A DNA stretch of 64,000 bases, from assembly GCA_029856125.1 (NCBI GenBank), contig JAHQWJ010000147.1, forward strand, positions 1 to 64,000, given 5' to 3'. Source of the stretch: Promethearchaeia archaeon. GTDB taxonomy: Archaea > Asgardarchaeota > Lokiarchaeia > Sigyniarchaeales > SOKP01. Numbering within the stretch: position 1 is the stretch's first letter; each line of letters starts with the position of its first letter. Of the stretch, positions 26,328 through 36,464 are shown piece by piece. The notes beneath the pieces are model-generated. The model was not told where the DNA came from and did not search any database. It saw only the letters and a program-made list of their open reading frames with translations. The translations under genes and the position numbers were made by a program.

Positions 26328-28238
26328 TTACTTTAGGAGTAAAGTTTCTCTATTCTTAGGGCTTTTAGTTGCTTTCCTTAATTTCTTATGAATCATCGTT
26401 GATAAACTCACGCATTTACTCTCTTCGCCGTGATTTGTTATGATGAGCTTAGGTTTTGGTTGAATTCTGCGTAGAAATTGAGATATTTGGCTGCGCGATG
26501 AATGACCGCTAAATCCTTCTAACGTGAAAACATTCAAATTAAGTCGTACTAGTTGGGTTCTTCCTTTTGCGTTAGAATATTGAATTTCACGAAATCCCCG
26601 CTGAATTCTTGACCCTAAAGTACCATTTACTTGATAAGATACGAAAATAAGAGAATTATTTTTATCTTCTGCGAGTGCTTTCAGATATTGTACTGAAGGA
26701 CCACCAATTAGCATACCACTAGTGGCTAATATTATACAAGGTCCACCCATTATAACATTGTTCCTTTCATCGCGACCTGAGACTGTAGTGAAAAATTCGC
26801 TCAAGAAAGGGTTTTTTCCTTGATGTAAGATTTTCTCTCTTAGGTCTGAACTGAGAAAATCAGGGTTAGCGGTGTGTATCGCTGTTGCTTCGGAGATTAA
26901 TCCGTCTAGAAAAATGGGAACTTGATCGATGATGCCCTTCGAAATGAACTCTTCTAACACGATTATAAGTTCTTGCGCTCTTCCTACAGCTAACACAGGA
27001 ATAAGCACCTTACCACCTCGCTTAATTGTTGAAGTTAGAATTTGTCTAAGTTCTCGCTCTGAATCTTGCCTGCTGGGAATTCGATCTTGCGGTCCACCAT
27101 ATGTTGACTCTATAAGTAAACTTTCGACGCGAGGGAATTTCACAGCGGCTTGTTCGAGCAACCGAGTCTTCTGATATTTGAAGTCTCCTGTATATACGAA
27201 ATTATAGCCTCCTTTTCCAAAATGGAGGTGAACTAGCGATGAACCTAATATGTGTCCGGAATTATGAAGTGTCAATTTTATATCGGGAGCAATATCAGTG
27301 ACTTTTCCCCATGAAAGAGGGATAGTATGGAGTACAGCGCTTTTCACATCTCTCTTTGAGTATGGCATTGGAACGCCCTCTTTTTCACAAATCTGGACGA
27401 AATCCAATTGTAACATAGTTGACAAGTTACGAGTTGGAAGAGTACAATAGACTGGACCGTCGTATCCATACTTAAATAAGTATGGAACCATACCACAGTG
27501 ATCTAAATGAGCATGGGTTACAATGACAGCATCTAAATCTCTTATAGAGAATTCGGGAATGTCAAAATTAGGATATTGATCGTTCTTGTTCCCCACATTC
27601 AAACCAACATCTAAAAGAATATTGCTATCCCTCGTTTGCATTAAAATACAAGATCTTCCAACTTCTCTAAATCCCCCTAACGCAGTTAGACGAATATCCA
27701 ATTCCTTGAACAGAGTAGGTCTGTGGATTCGTTTTCCAATATTAAGGAGTATATCTTTCTGATTTTGTCTTTCTTTGGTAAGCATTTGCCTAATTAAACT
27801 AATAGTTCTCGAGGCAAGAGGAGGAGTTCGGATGGTTTTCGGTTGCCAGAATGTATTCAATCTAATCTCTTTTAAATTAACACCTTTCTTACCAATAACT
27901 AATCCTGGTTTTCCCGATTCTATAATAACTTCGCCACGTGTGTGATCAAATTCAATGTTAGTAATTTCTGCATCCTCGCTTATTAAATTTCTAATGTAAT
28001 CCTCAGTTTCAGAGGGATCTTTGCGATCTTCTACATTCCATCGAAAAACCACTCTCTTTCGCATAGATTTAGCTAAATCCTTCAGTACATCGGAATTTTC
28101 CATAGATTCAAGATTTGTATTCTCTGAGTAAACAGCTATTTCAGGACCCTCAAATTCGATTTTTTTTACGACTATCTCGGGAGGGAGATGTGAAATAATT
28201 TGGTCTTTTATCCTTTGTAGTTCTCCTTCGAAACTCAT
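26328..28238 (-). CDS. fttA: Beta-CASP ribonuclease aCPSF1 / transcription termination factor FttA
   Basis: Two KH domains (EFEGPE, KPGLVIGKKG), LGGFREVGRS, THAHLDH, GHILGS, ESTYG, GFSGHS, HGE. Confidence 0.96.
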   Translation of the reverse strand: MSFEGELQRIKDQIISHLPPEIVVKKIEFEGPEIAVYSENTNLESMENSDVLKDLAKSMRKRVVFRWNVEDRKDPSETEDYIRNLISEDAEITNIEFDHTRGEVIIESGKPGLVIGKKGVNLKEIRLNTFWQPKTIRTPPLASRTISLIRQMLTKERQNQKDILLNIGKRIHRPTLFKELDIRLTALGGFREVGRSCILMQTRDSNILLDVGLNVGNKNDQYPNFDIPEFSIRDLDAVIVTHAHLDHCGMVPYLFKYGYDGPVYCTLPTRNLSTMLQLDFVQICEKEGVPMPYSKRDVKSAVLHTIPLSWGKVTDIAPDIKLTLHNSGHILGSSLVHLHFGKGGYNFVYTGDFKYQKTRLLEQAAVKFPRVESLLIESTYGGPQDRIPSRQDSERELRQILTSTIKRGGKVLIPVLAVGRAQELIIVLEEFISKGIIDQVPIFLDGLISEATAIHTANPDFLSSDLREKILHQGKNPFLSEFFTTVSGRDERNNVIMGGPCIILATSGMLIGGPSVQYLKALAEDKNNSLIFVSYQVNGTLGSRIQRGFREIQYSNAKGRTQLVRLNLNVFTLEGFSGHSSRSQISQFLRRIQPKPKLIITNHGEESKCVSLSTMIHKKLRKATKSPKNRETLLLK

Positions 28239-28602
28239 GTATTTTCAATTCTTTTATATAATTCTATTTAATGATTTTAAAATGTAAAAGCTAATGAATG
28301 TTGATTTAATTTAGAGTTATTTTATTTTGAGATTGAATTAATTGAAATAAATTAATTACAAACTCCTTTAAAATTATATATGCAGTTATTGTTATTCATT
28401 AAATGATGTTTTTGAACAAATAGAATAATTCTTAGATATTAATACAAATACCAGAGATTAAATTTAAGTATGAATTTATTCTAATTTCTATATATTATAT
28501 AAATTAATCAAATAAAAACATTTTCATTATAGATGGTGTCAAATTAGACATCTAACAAGGCATTAGGTAAAATTTTTTTGACAAAGAGGATTAGAAAAAT
28601 TT

Positions 28603-29238
28603 ATGACAGAATTAAAAATAGGTGCTATCGCTAGTGGTTCGGGCTCTAATTTAGAAGCTATAATTAAAGCTTGTAAAACTGGTATATTGAAAAGTAAGGC
28701 AAGCGTAGAAATTCTTATATGCAACAAAGCGGGAGCATTTTGTATGGAGCGAGCAAAAAATCATAACATTCCCTATGAATTAATTGAGTCTAATAAGTAT
28801 CTACATCTTCCAAGGGAAGAATATGACAAAAAAATGATAGAGGTGTTTCGAAAGTATAACTGCGAATTAATCGTTTTGGTAGGCTACATGAGATTAGTAA
28901 GCGGAGTGTTTATTGAAGCCTTTAATGGTAATGTTATGAATATTCATCCCGCTTTGTTACCTTCGTTTAAAGGGATGCACGCACATAGAGATGTGTTAGA
29001 TTATGGGGTCAAAGTTTCCGGATGTACGGTTCATTTTGTTGATGATCAATCGGATCACGGCCCAATTATTATCCAAAAATGCGTTCCTGTTTATGATAAT
29101 GACTCTGAAGATACTTTAGGAGCAAGAGTTTTAGAATGGGAGCATAGAATATTCCCTAAAGCGATCGAGCTATTTTGTAATAAGAAGCTGCATATAGAAG
29201 AAAGACTTGTTATCATAGATGGCGAATTTGAACTATAG
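28603..29238 (+). CDS. purN: Phosphoribosylglycinamide formyltransferase
   Basis: ASGSGSNL, GYMR, NIHPALLPSFKG, GCTVHFV, DHGPII.Q. Confidence 0.96.
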   Translation: MTELKIGAIASGSGSNLEAIIKACKTGILKSKASVEILICNKAGAFCMERAKNHNIPYELIESNKYLHLPREEYDKKMIEVFRKYNCELIVLVGYMRLVSGVFIEAFNGNVMNIHPALLPSFKGMHAHRDVLDYGVKVSGCTVHFVDDQSDHGPIIIQKCVPVYDNDSEDTLGARVLEWEHRIFPKAIELFCNKKLHIEERLVIIDGEFEL

Positions 29239-29256
29239 CCAAGCTACATTTATTAT

Positions 29257-29363
29257 GCGGGAAAATGAATGAATTCGGTGAAAGCTCTGACCCAACTGAA
29301 AGTATGGTGGATTCCATAACTTAATGAAGAAGATCTTGAGTAATGAGAATTTTCATTTCCCGC
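29257..29363 (+). ncRNA. Box C/D guide sRNA; D guide predicted to target C34 of tRNA-Leu(CAA)
   Basis: Long terminal stem; degenerate box C GTGAAAG at 29278; D' CTGA at 29296; hairpin; C' ATGAAGA at 29324; D ATGA at 29343. Both box pairs fold as K-turns and the guides are about 12 nt. Confidence 0.72.
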
Positions 29364-29454
29364 TCCTAATTTCCTTAAATAACCCTAAAATTTTAATCAA
29401 ATCACTCATGGTAAGTAATATATTATTAACAATAAACAAGAGAAAAAAGTTAAG

Positions 29455-31644
29455 ATGCCACGTCGGAAGGAGATTTCAGAAATTCTGAATATGATGGAAA
29501 AAACGCAGAATATTAGAAACATTGGATTTGTTGGACATATCGATCACGGAAAGACAACACTTTCTGATTCGCTTCTGAGTGAGGCGGGTTTATTATCACC
29601 CGATTTAGCTGGCGAGGCTCGTGCTTTAGATTATTTAGAGGAAGAACAAGCTCGTGGGATCACTATGAAATCTACCAATATTTCATTATACTACGAAAAA
29701 TCACTAGAAGACCATGAGCCATTTCTAATAAACCTCGTCGATACGCCTGGACATTTGGATTTCAGTGGAAAGGTAACTCGCGCCCTAAGATTAATAGACG
29801 GGGTTGTGGTAGTTGTTGATGCTGTTGAAGAAATAATAACACAATCAGAGACTGTGATTAAACAAGCTTTACAGGAAGGTGTAAAACCAGTTCTGTATAT
29901 TAATAAAGTAGATCGCCTTATCCGAGAGTTAAAGCTAACAGATGAACAAATAAGAAAAAAATATTCAAGAATTATTAAAGATTTCAATACGCTTATTAAA
30001 AGATACGCTGACAAACCCTTCAAAAAAGAGTGGCAAGTATCTCCGGCAGATGGAAACGTTGCTTTCGGTTCCGCACTTCACAAATGGGGTTTTACTTTGC
30101 AACTATTAGAAGATAACGATTTAAAATTTTCTGATATTAGAACTCGTTATCAGAAAGAAACTTATACCAAAGAGAGTTATGCTGATTTAGCAGTTTATTT
30201 TCCAATACATAACGCTATATTAGAAATGGTAGTTGACCATCTCCCCAATCCTAAAGAAGCGCAAGCTTACAGAATTAGAAAGATCTGGGAAGGCGATTTA
30301 GAATCGGATATTGGAAAAGCGATGATAAATTGTGATCCCGAAGGACCCACAATTATTTGTTTAAGCAAGGTACAAGTAGATAAACACAGTTTGGTAGCGA
30401 CGGGTAGAATTTTTTCTGGAATGTGTTCGATGAAAGAAGACGTTTTTTTGGTAAGAGAAAACAGTTATGATACAATCCGAAGGACAGCTCTCTTTATGGG
30501 ACAAAGAAGGGAACAAGTCGAACAAATTCCTGTTGGTAACATTGTAGCAGTTGAAGGATTGAAGCAATTACAGAGCGGTGAAACACTAATCGCCAAAGAG
30601 TTTGCCAGTTTAATGGTTCCGTTTGAAGATGTTAAATATGTATCTACTCCTGTAGTAACCGTTTCAATCGAGCCGGAGTATTTACGAGAACTGGATAAAA
30701 TGAAGGAACTAATTGAAAACTTATTAATAGAAGACCCAAACCTTAAATTTGAAATTAACGAGGAAAACGGTGAATTCTTGCTTTCGGGAGTTGGCCCCCT
30801 ACATCTTGAAATCACAGCAAATGAAATAGAAAAACGAGGGATTAATGTTTCTATTTCAGAACCACGAGCTGTATTTAAAGAATCTTGTAAGTATGATTCT
30901 CCCCTTGTCACCGTAAAATCGCAAAACAACAAGAATTCTCTTCAACTTAAAATTGAAAGAATAAAGGATAAGACTTCAAGGTTTTTACAAACTCATGATT
31001 TAGCAACAATTAAACCTAAAGCGAGATTGAAAGAACTATTTGAGGAACGCACAGAATTAACATTAGAGGAAATACACACCTTCTGGAGGTATTTTGACAA
31101 TATTAATCTGCTCTTTTATAAAAAGGATGAAGAAATTGCCCTCACTTATAAAAAAATTATAGAAGAAATCGTTACTAAGATTCTTTCAAACGGGTTTTTG
31201 TGTGGCGAAAAAATTACGGGAATTAAAGTTAAAATTAAAGATTTAACCATCGCTGAACTTAACGAAGAAAACGCTTATACAGAATTATCCACATTGTTCT
31301 ACGATGCCATCAAAAAGGCTTTAAATCAAGCTGAACTAATCCTTCTTGAGCCTATTTATCACACAGTTATTCAATTACCCCCCGATTACGTAAAAAATGC
31401 CCTTTCTTTAGCTTCAAAGTATTCTGCTAAAATAAAGAATGTTAACCAAGAAAAGGATTACCAAGCTATTATTGATATGTTATTCCCAGTAAGAAATTCG
31501 ATAAAGTTTGCTGAAGATATTCGCTCGTCTACTTCAGGAAAAGCATTCTGGCAGAATGAGTTTCACTCCTTCATGGAAGTTCCTGGTCAAGAAGCTAAAA
31601 AAATAATTAGCGATTTAAGATTTAGTAAAGGACTTTCATGGTAA
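29455..31644 (+). CDS. Elongation factor 2 paralog (aEF-2p type) lacking the diphthamide histidine
   Basis: GHIDHGKTT, RGIT, DTPGH and NKVD G-motifs. Domain IV reads DLTIAELNEENAYTE where HEDxxHRG is expected. Confidence 0.88.
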   Translation: MPRRKEISEILNMMEKTQNIRNIGFVGHIDHGKTTLSDSLLSEAGLLSPDLAGEARALDYLEEEQARGITMKSTNISLYYEKSLEDHEPFLINLVDTPGHLDFSGKVTRALRLIDGVVVVVDAVEEIITQSETVIKQALQEGVKPVLYINKVDRLIRELKLTDEQIRKKYSRIIKDFNTLIKRYADKPFKKEWQVSPADGNVAFGSALHKWGFTLQLLEDNDLKFSDIRTRYQKETYTKESYADLAVYFPIHNAILEMVVDHLPNPKEAQAYRIRKIWEGDLESDIGKAMINCDPEGPTIICLSKVQVDKHSLVATGRIFSGMCSMKEDVFLVRENSYDTIRRTALFMGQRREQVEQIPVGNIVAVEGLKQLQSGETLIAKEFASLMVPFEDVKYVSTPVVTVSIEPEYLRELDKMKELIENLLIEDPNLKFEINEENGEFLLSGVGPLHLEITANEIEKRGINVSISEPRAVFKESCKYDSPLVTVKSQNNKNSLQLKIERIKDKTSRFLQTHDLATIKPKARLKELFEERTELTLEEIHTFWRYFDNINLLFYKKDEEIALTYKKIIEEIVTKILSNGFLCGEKITGIKVKIKDLTIAELNEENAYTELSTLFYDAIKKALNQAELILLEPIYHTVIQLPPDYVKNALSLASKYSAKIKNVNQEKDYQAIIDMLFPVRNSIKFAEDIRSSTSGKAFWQNEFHSFMEVPGQEAKKIISDLRFSKGLSW

Positions 31645-31659
31645 TTTTGAAAAGTTAAA

Positions 31660-31730
31660 TGCGCCTGCCGGGAATTGAACCCGGGACGCTGACTTGGGAA
31701 GCCAGCATATTACCACTATACTACAAGCGC
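31660..31730 (-). tRNA. tRNA-Gly(CCC)
   Basis: GCGCTTG/CAGGCGC acceptor stem, CTGGC-TTCCCAA-GTCAG anticodon arm, CCGGG-TTCAATT-CCCGG T arm. Confidence 0.95.
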
Positions 31731-32002
31731 AAAAAAGAATAAAGTAACAAATAATAATGAGCTCTCGCAAATAAATTTGTATTAATTATTATTCGATTTC
31801 TCGAAAAAGATTGTCGTGTTAAATTAACGAACAACTACTATTTTCGAATAGTGTTATATTGCCATTTTTCATGTTATTCTAGAAAGAAAAGTGTTTTTCA
31901 TTTTCTATTCAATAATAGGTTTAAAATTCTACTATTAGGATTACAGGATTAAAGATCCTAAAGACGTAGATATCCAATTAGGGGAAAAAGGGAGAATTTT
32001 AG

Positions 32003-34270
32003 ATGATTAGCAAAGTAAACAGTCTGAAAAAACATCTCGAAGTATCGGACGAGATTTACAAAACGATTATAAATGATATTAGGGATACAATTGTCGAGAT
32101 AGATTTGAACGGTAATTTCACTTATGCCAGCCCTCAGTGTTTTCAGATGTTTGGGTTTAAACCACATGAGGTGATTGGCAGAAAAGCGCTTCGATTTGTC
32201 CATCCTGAAGATTTGAAGACTGTTATGGAAGCTATGAGAAATGCTATTGAAAAAAAGTTACATCTTTCTTATGAGTACAGAGCAAAACATAAAGATGGGA
32301 GTTATGTTTATGTTTCAACTAAAGGAGGATTAATCACCCGAGAAGGGAAGCAATTTTTAATTGGAGTAGTAAGAGATATTACAGAAAAAAAGATTGCAGA
32401 AATAAAATTGAAGGAATCAGAGAAAAAATATCGAAATATTATTGAAAATACTAAGGATGCGATCGTCATAATAGATTTTGAGGGAAAATTGTTATACATC
32501 TCACCCCAACTATCGAAGATGTTGAAAGGAAGAGAAATCACCAAAAACAGTAGATTCTTTTATTATATCCACAAAGATGATGTTAAGAAATTAATTTCTT
32601 TTTATAGAACTACTATTATAGAGAAGAGTTTTCTTGAACAACCAGTTGAATTCAGAATTATGCCTAAGCATGGAGATTTCATGTGGATTTCCAGTTCTTC
32701 TAAAAATTACTATGACGATTTTGGAAATGTCATTGGCTTTATTTCAACTCTTAAGGATATTACTGATAAAAAAAATGCTGAACATAAGCTAGAAGAATCG
32801 GAACAAAAATATCGTCTTATTACGGAAGAATCTAACGATCTCATAAGAGTTTTAAACGACAAATTTGAACTCGAATATGTAAACGAAAATTCACTCAAAA
32901 TTTTATTAGGTTATACTAAGCAAGAACTACTTGGTAAAAATTCGATTATCTTAAACCATCCTAATGATTATAAAAAAGTCCGACGTTTTATGCTCAAAGT
33001 CTTCAAAAATAGAGAAAATATGCATGAAACAAGGATAAGACATAAAAATGGTAAATGGGTGTGGTTTGAGAATAAAGCAAAAATGTTTACCGATGAACAT
33101 GGTAATCAAAAATACTTATACATATCCCGGGACATCACTGAAAGGAAAAAAGCTGAAAAAGCTCTTAAAGAATCAGAAGAAAAATACCGAAGTTTATATG
33201 AAAACTCTCCCAATGCTGTAGTTTTAACGAATGAAAAGGGATTGATATTAGATATCAACTCATCAGCAGAAAGAATTCTAGGATATAAACGAGAGGATAT
33301 TATTGGGAAAAACTATACGGAATTCAATATGGTTACTTATGATCAGATCTCGACTATTAAAAACAAGTATAAGGATCTTCTCAATGGCATTAAGCCCAAA
33401 TCTATTGAGCTACAAATAAAAAGAAAAAACGGTAATATATCATGGATATCTTTTCAGAGTTCAATGATTAAAATTGATAAGGAAATTATAATTGAATCGA
33501 TTTGTCAAGATATTACTAAAAAAAAAAAAGCTGAAAACCTCATAATCGAAGAAAATAAAAGATTAATGGAACTAAACAAAATAAAAAACGAATTTATCTC
33601 AAGAGCTTCCCACGAGTTGAAAACTCCAATAACTTCAATATATGGGGGATCTCAAATCTTAATGGAATTATATAAAGATCAGACGTGTTCAGATGCGATA
33701 GAATTTATAGAATTGATTAATAGAGGGGGAAAGAGATTAAAACTTCTAGTTGATAATTTACTTGATGCTTCAAGAATTGATTCTGATAAATTAAGATTAA
33801 ATCTTCAAAGTGAGAACATAACACAAATTATACGGGACAGCACGATCGAAATTCGATACTTAGCCTATAAGCGGAATATTATCATAGAACAGCACTTGCC
33901 TGAAACCGTAAATATTGTAGTAGATAAAATTAGAATTGAACAAGTTATCACTAATCTAATCTCAAATGCGATTAAAAATACTCCAAGAAAAGGGATTATA
34001 TTGCTAGTTTTAGAGGATAAACCTGATAGCGTTTTATTTAAAGTAAAGGATTCGGGTATAGGATTGACGGAAAAAGAAATGGATAAGCTTTTTAGGAAAT
34101 TTGGAAAAATAGAACGAATCGGTCCAAAAATGGATATTGACATCGAAGGTTCAGGTTTAGGATTGTATATTTCAAAGGAAATAATAGATCTGCACGGAGG
34201 AAATATTTGGGTCGAATCTGAGGGCAGAAATAAAGGGGCAACATTTTACTTCAAGCTATTTAAAAAATAA
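32003..34270 (+). CDS. Cytoplasmic sensor histidine kinase with 4 PAS domains
   Basis: Four PAS/PAC repeats ending in DITE.K, SHELKTP H-box, NLISNAIK, DSGIG, GSGLGL; no TM segment or receiver domain. Confidence 0.95.
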   Translation: MISKVNSLKKHLEVSDEIYKTIINDIRDTIVEIDLNGNFTYASPQCFQMFGFKPHEVIGRKALRFVHPEDLKTVMEAMRNAIEKKLHLSYEYRAKHKDGSYVYVSTKGGLITREGKQFLIGVVRDITEKKIAEIKLKESEKKYRNIIENTKDAIVIIDFEGKLLYISPQLSKMLKGREITKNSRFFYYIHKDDVKKLISFYRTTIIEKSFLEQPVEFRIMPKHGDFMWISSSSKNYYDDFGNVIGFISTLKDITDKKNAEHKLEESEQKYRLITEESNDLIRVLNDKFELEYVNENSLKILLGYTKQELLGKNSIILNHPNDYKKVRRFMLKVFKNRENMHETRIRHKNGKWVWFENKAKMFTDEHGNQKYLYISRDITERKKAEKALKESEEKYRSLYENSPNAVVLTNEKGLILDINSSAERILGYKREDIIGKNYTEFNMVTYDQISTIKNKYKDLLNGIKPKSIELQIKRKNGNISWISFQSSMIKIDKEIIIESICQDITKKKKAENLIIEENKRLMELNKIKNEFISRASHELKTPITSIYGGSQILMELYKDQTCSDAIEFIELINRGGKRLKLLVDNLLDASRIDSDKLRLNLQSENITQIIRDSTIEIRYLAYKRNIIIEQHLPETVNIVVDKIRIEQVITNLISNAIKNTPRKGIILLVLEDKPDSVLFKVKDSGIGLTEKEMDKLFRKFGKIERIGPKMDIDIEGSGLGLYISKEIIDLHGGNIWVESEGRNKGATFYFKLFKK

Positions 34271-34361
34271 GTTATAGAAAATACTTAGTTTTATTAGATT
34301 TTATTCACTTGCTTTTTTTTTATGATAAAATTTTAATTTTCTTGCTTTTATCTAGAATGTT

Positions 34362-35036
34362 ATGAGCGTTGAGAAACGATATTATCAAAAAAATATGTGT
34401 ATTAACAATACTAATGCTCTGATAATTGTTGATATGCAAAATGATTTTATGCCTGATGGGGCTTTACCTGTCGAAGAGGGCGATCAAATAATTGATGGTA
34501 TAAATCGAATATCTGAAATTTTTAAAAAATATAATGGAAAGATCATTTTAACACAGGATTGGCATCCAAAGAATCATAAATCTTTTGCTAGTAGCTACAT
34601 TGATAAAAAACCAGGTGATGAATATCATTCTGATGGCATTGGACCTATATTATGGCCAGATCACTGTGTCCAAGGAACAAAAGGAGCACAATTTCATGAT
34701 AAATTGAATATTGATCTAGCTCACGCCACAATCCGTAAAGGTTTTAATCCTGAGGTAGATAGTTATTCAGCCTTTATTGAAAATGATAAAAAATCTGAAA
34801 CTAGACTTAAAGGTTGTCTTAATTCCTTGAAAATTAAAAAGATTTTTATTTGTGGATTAGCTTTAGACTATTGTTGCTATTACACCGCTTTAGATGGAAT
34901 AGCTTTTGGTTTTGAGGTTTATTTTTTAGTAAATTTAACCAGAGGTATTGATTTACCTCCTGGAAACATCTCTAAATCTCTTCAGCACATGAAGGAGAAA
35001 GGAGTTAAATTCGCTACAATAGATAATTTGATATAA
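34362..35036 (+). CDS. pncA: Nicotinamidase/pyrazinamidase
   Basis: VDMQNDF, QDWHP..H.SF, WPDHCVQGT.GA, DSYSAF, GLALDYC. Confidence 0.93.
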   Translation: MSVEKRYYQKNMCINNTNALIIVDMQNDFMPDGALPVEEGDQIIDGINRISEIFKKYNGKIILTQDWHPKNHKSFASSYIDKKPGDEYHSDGIGPILWPDHCVQGTKGAQFHDKLNIDLAHATIRKGFNPEVDSYSAFIENDKKSETRLKGCLNSLKIKKIFICGLALDYCCYYTALDGIAFGFEVYFLVNLTRGIDLPPGNISKSLQHMKEKGVKFATIDNLI

Positions 35037-35145
35037 TATATAAATACAAATTTCTAATCATTTAACTTCAATTGCTAAACTAATATTCAAAATCATTTCT
35101 AAATCATAAATTAATTATTAAGAAAAAGAATTTTCAACACTATTA

Positions 35146-35610
35146 ATGAATTTTTCTAATTTACTAATAGTGTGTTCTGTCAGTACTGCCCGCAGCAAGA
35201 TGGCCGAAGGATTTTTCAGAGATTTCTTTATCCGTAATGGAATGGATGTTTCGGTATCTTCTGGGGGCATAGCTTCAAACGCAAGGGATGGAATGCTTAT
35301 ATCTTTAGATGCGAAATTGGTTATGAAAGAGATAGGTATCATATTATCTGACAATGCAGTGTCGATCGACCTAAAAAAAAGACCGGAATTAATTAACAAA
35401 GCAGATTTAATTCTGACGCTAACTGAAAAACATAAAAAAGAAGTGCTAAAATATAATAACTCCAGCGATAATAAAGTCCAAACTTTAAGAGAATTTGCTG
35501 GAGAGAGTGGAGATATCGAAGACCCATCAATGAAAGGAGTTGAGGGTTTTCGAAAATCACGTGACGAGATAAATCGTTGTATTTTTAAAGGATTGAAAAG
35601 ATTTGAATGA
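35146..35610 (+). CDS. Low-molecular-weight protein tyrosine/arginine phosphatase family protein
   Basis: CX5R P-loop CSVSTARS.MAE, ADLILT, DIEDP. Confidence 0.85.
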   Translation: MNFSNLLIVCSVSTARSKMAEGFFRDFFIRNGMDVSVSSGGIASNARDGMLISLDAKLVMKEIGIILSDNAVSIDLKKRPELINKADLILTLTEKHKKEVLKYNNSSDNKVQTLREFAGESGDIEDPSMKGVEGFRKSRDEINRCIFKGLKRFE

Positions 35611-36461
35611 TAATTATGATTGAATATATAATAATAGCTATATTACAAGGGTTATTCGAATGGTTACCAATTTCTTCTTCGGGTCAAGTTATGATAGTTT
35701 CAGTTAATTTTTTTGGAATTCCTCCTGAACAAGCCTTTAGTTTAAGTATTTGGATGCATTTGGGAACAACATTTGCGGTCTTGCTTAAGCTAAGAAAAGA
35801 TTACATTCATATTATTAAATCGATTCTACCAAAGAAGTTTGAAGTTGATGGAAACGATATTAAGAAAAGAAACTGGTTAATTTACGCCACAATTGGAACT
35901 GCTATAACTGCAATCCCATTATATTTCCTGTTTAAATTCGTAATAATAAAAGGATTTGACGCATTTCAAGGTGAGATTTTAACTTTAGTAATTTCCGGCT
36001 TGTTAATTATAACTGGAATTGTTTTACTGACTTTTAGAAGTAAATTTGGCATAAAAACTATCGATACTGTTTCAGATCGGGATCTCATCAGGGATTCTAG
36101 CATATCTGGATTAATTCAAGGGATTGCCATACTTCCAGGAATATCCCGTTCAGGTTTTACTGTCTCTACTATCTTATTCGAGAAATATAACCAAGATCAA
36201 AGTTTAAAATTAAGTTTTTTGATGTCCGTCCCAGTAGCTCTTGCGTCAATCGGGATGGATATTATTTTCGGAGAAGGATCGGTTTTTGGAACAATTGATC
36301 TTTTCACAATTTTGATTATAACAGCAGTTAGTTTCATTGTAGGTTACTTTTCAATGGAACTATTGTTAAGAATCGCACGAAAAATCAATTTTAGTTATTT
36401 TTGCATCTTATATGGAGTAGTGTCATTCGTAATAATTGTTCCTTTCATGTTTTTCGGGTAG
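35607..36461 (+). CDS. uppP: Undecaprenyl/polyprenyl-diphosphate phosphatase (BacA family)
   Basis: QGLFEWLPISSSG, HLGT, QG.A.LPGISRSG.T, SFLMS.P. Confidence 0.92.
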   Translation: MIIMIEYIIIAILQGLFEWLPISSSGQVMIVSVNFFGIPPEQAFSLSIWMHLGTTFAVLLKLRKDYIHIIKSILPKKFEVDGNDIKKRNWLIYATIGTAITAIPLYFLFKFVIIKGFDAFQGEILTLVISGLLIITGIVLLTFRSKFGIKTIDTVSDRDLIRDSSISGLIQGIAILPGISRSGFTVSTILFEKYNQDQSLKLSFLMSVPVALASIGMDIIFGEGSVFGTIDLFTILIITAVSFIVGYFSMELLLRIARKINFSYFCILYGVVSFVIIVPFMFFG

Positions 36462-36464
36462 AAT

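Noticed and set aside
28530-28583. AGATGGTGTC...GACATCTA upstream of purN, resembling a fluoride riboswitch or leader switch
   Set aside because: It lacks P1/P2 and the spacing of the crcB motif, and the downstream gene is unrelated. It is only a short hairpin or palindrome.
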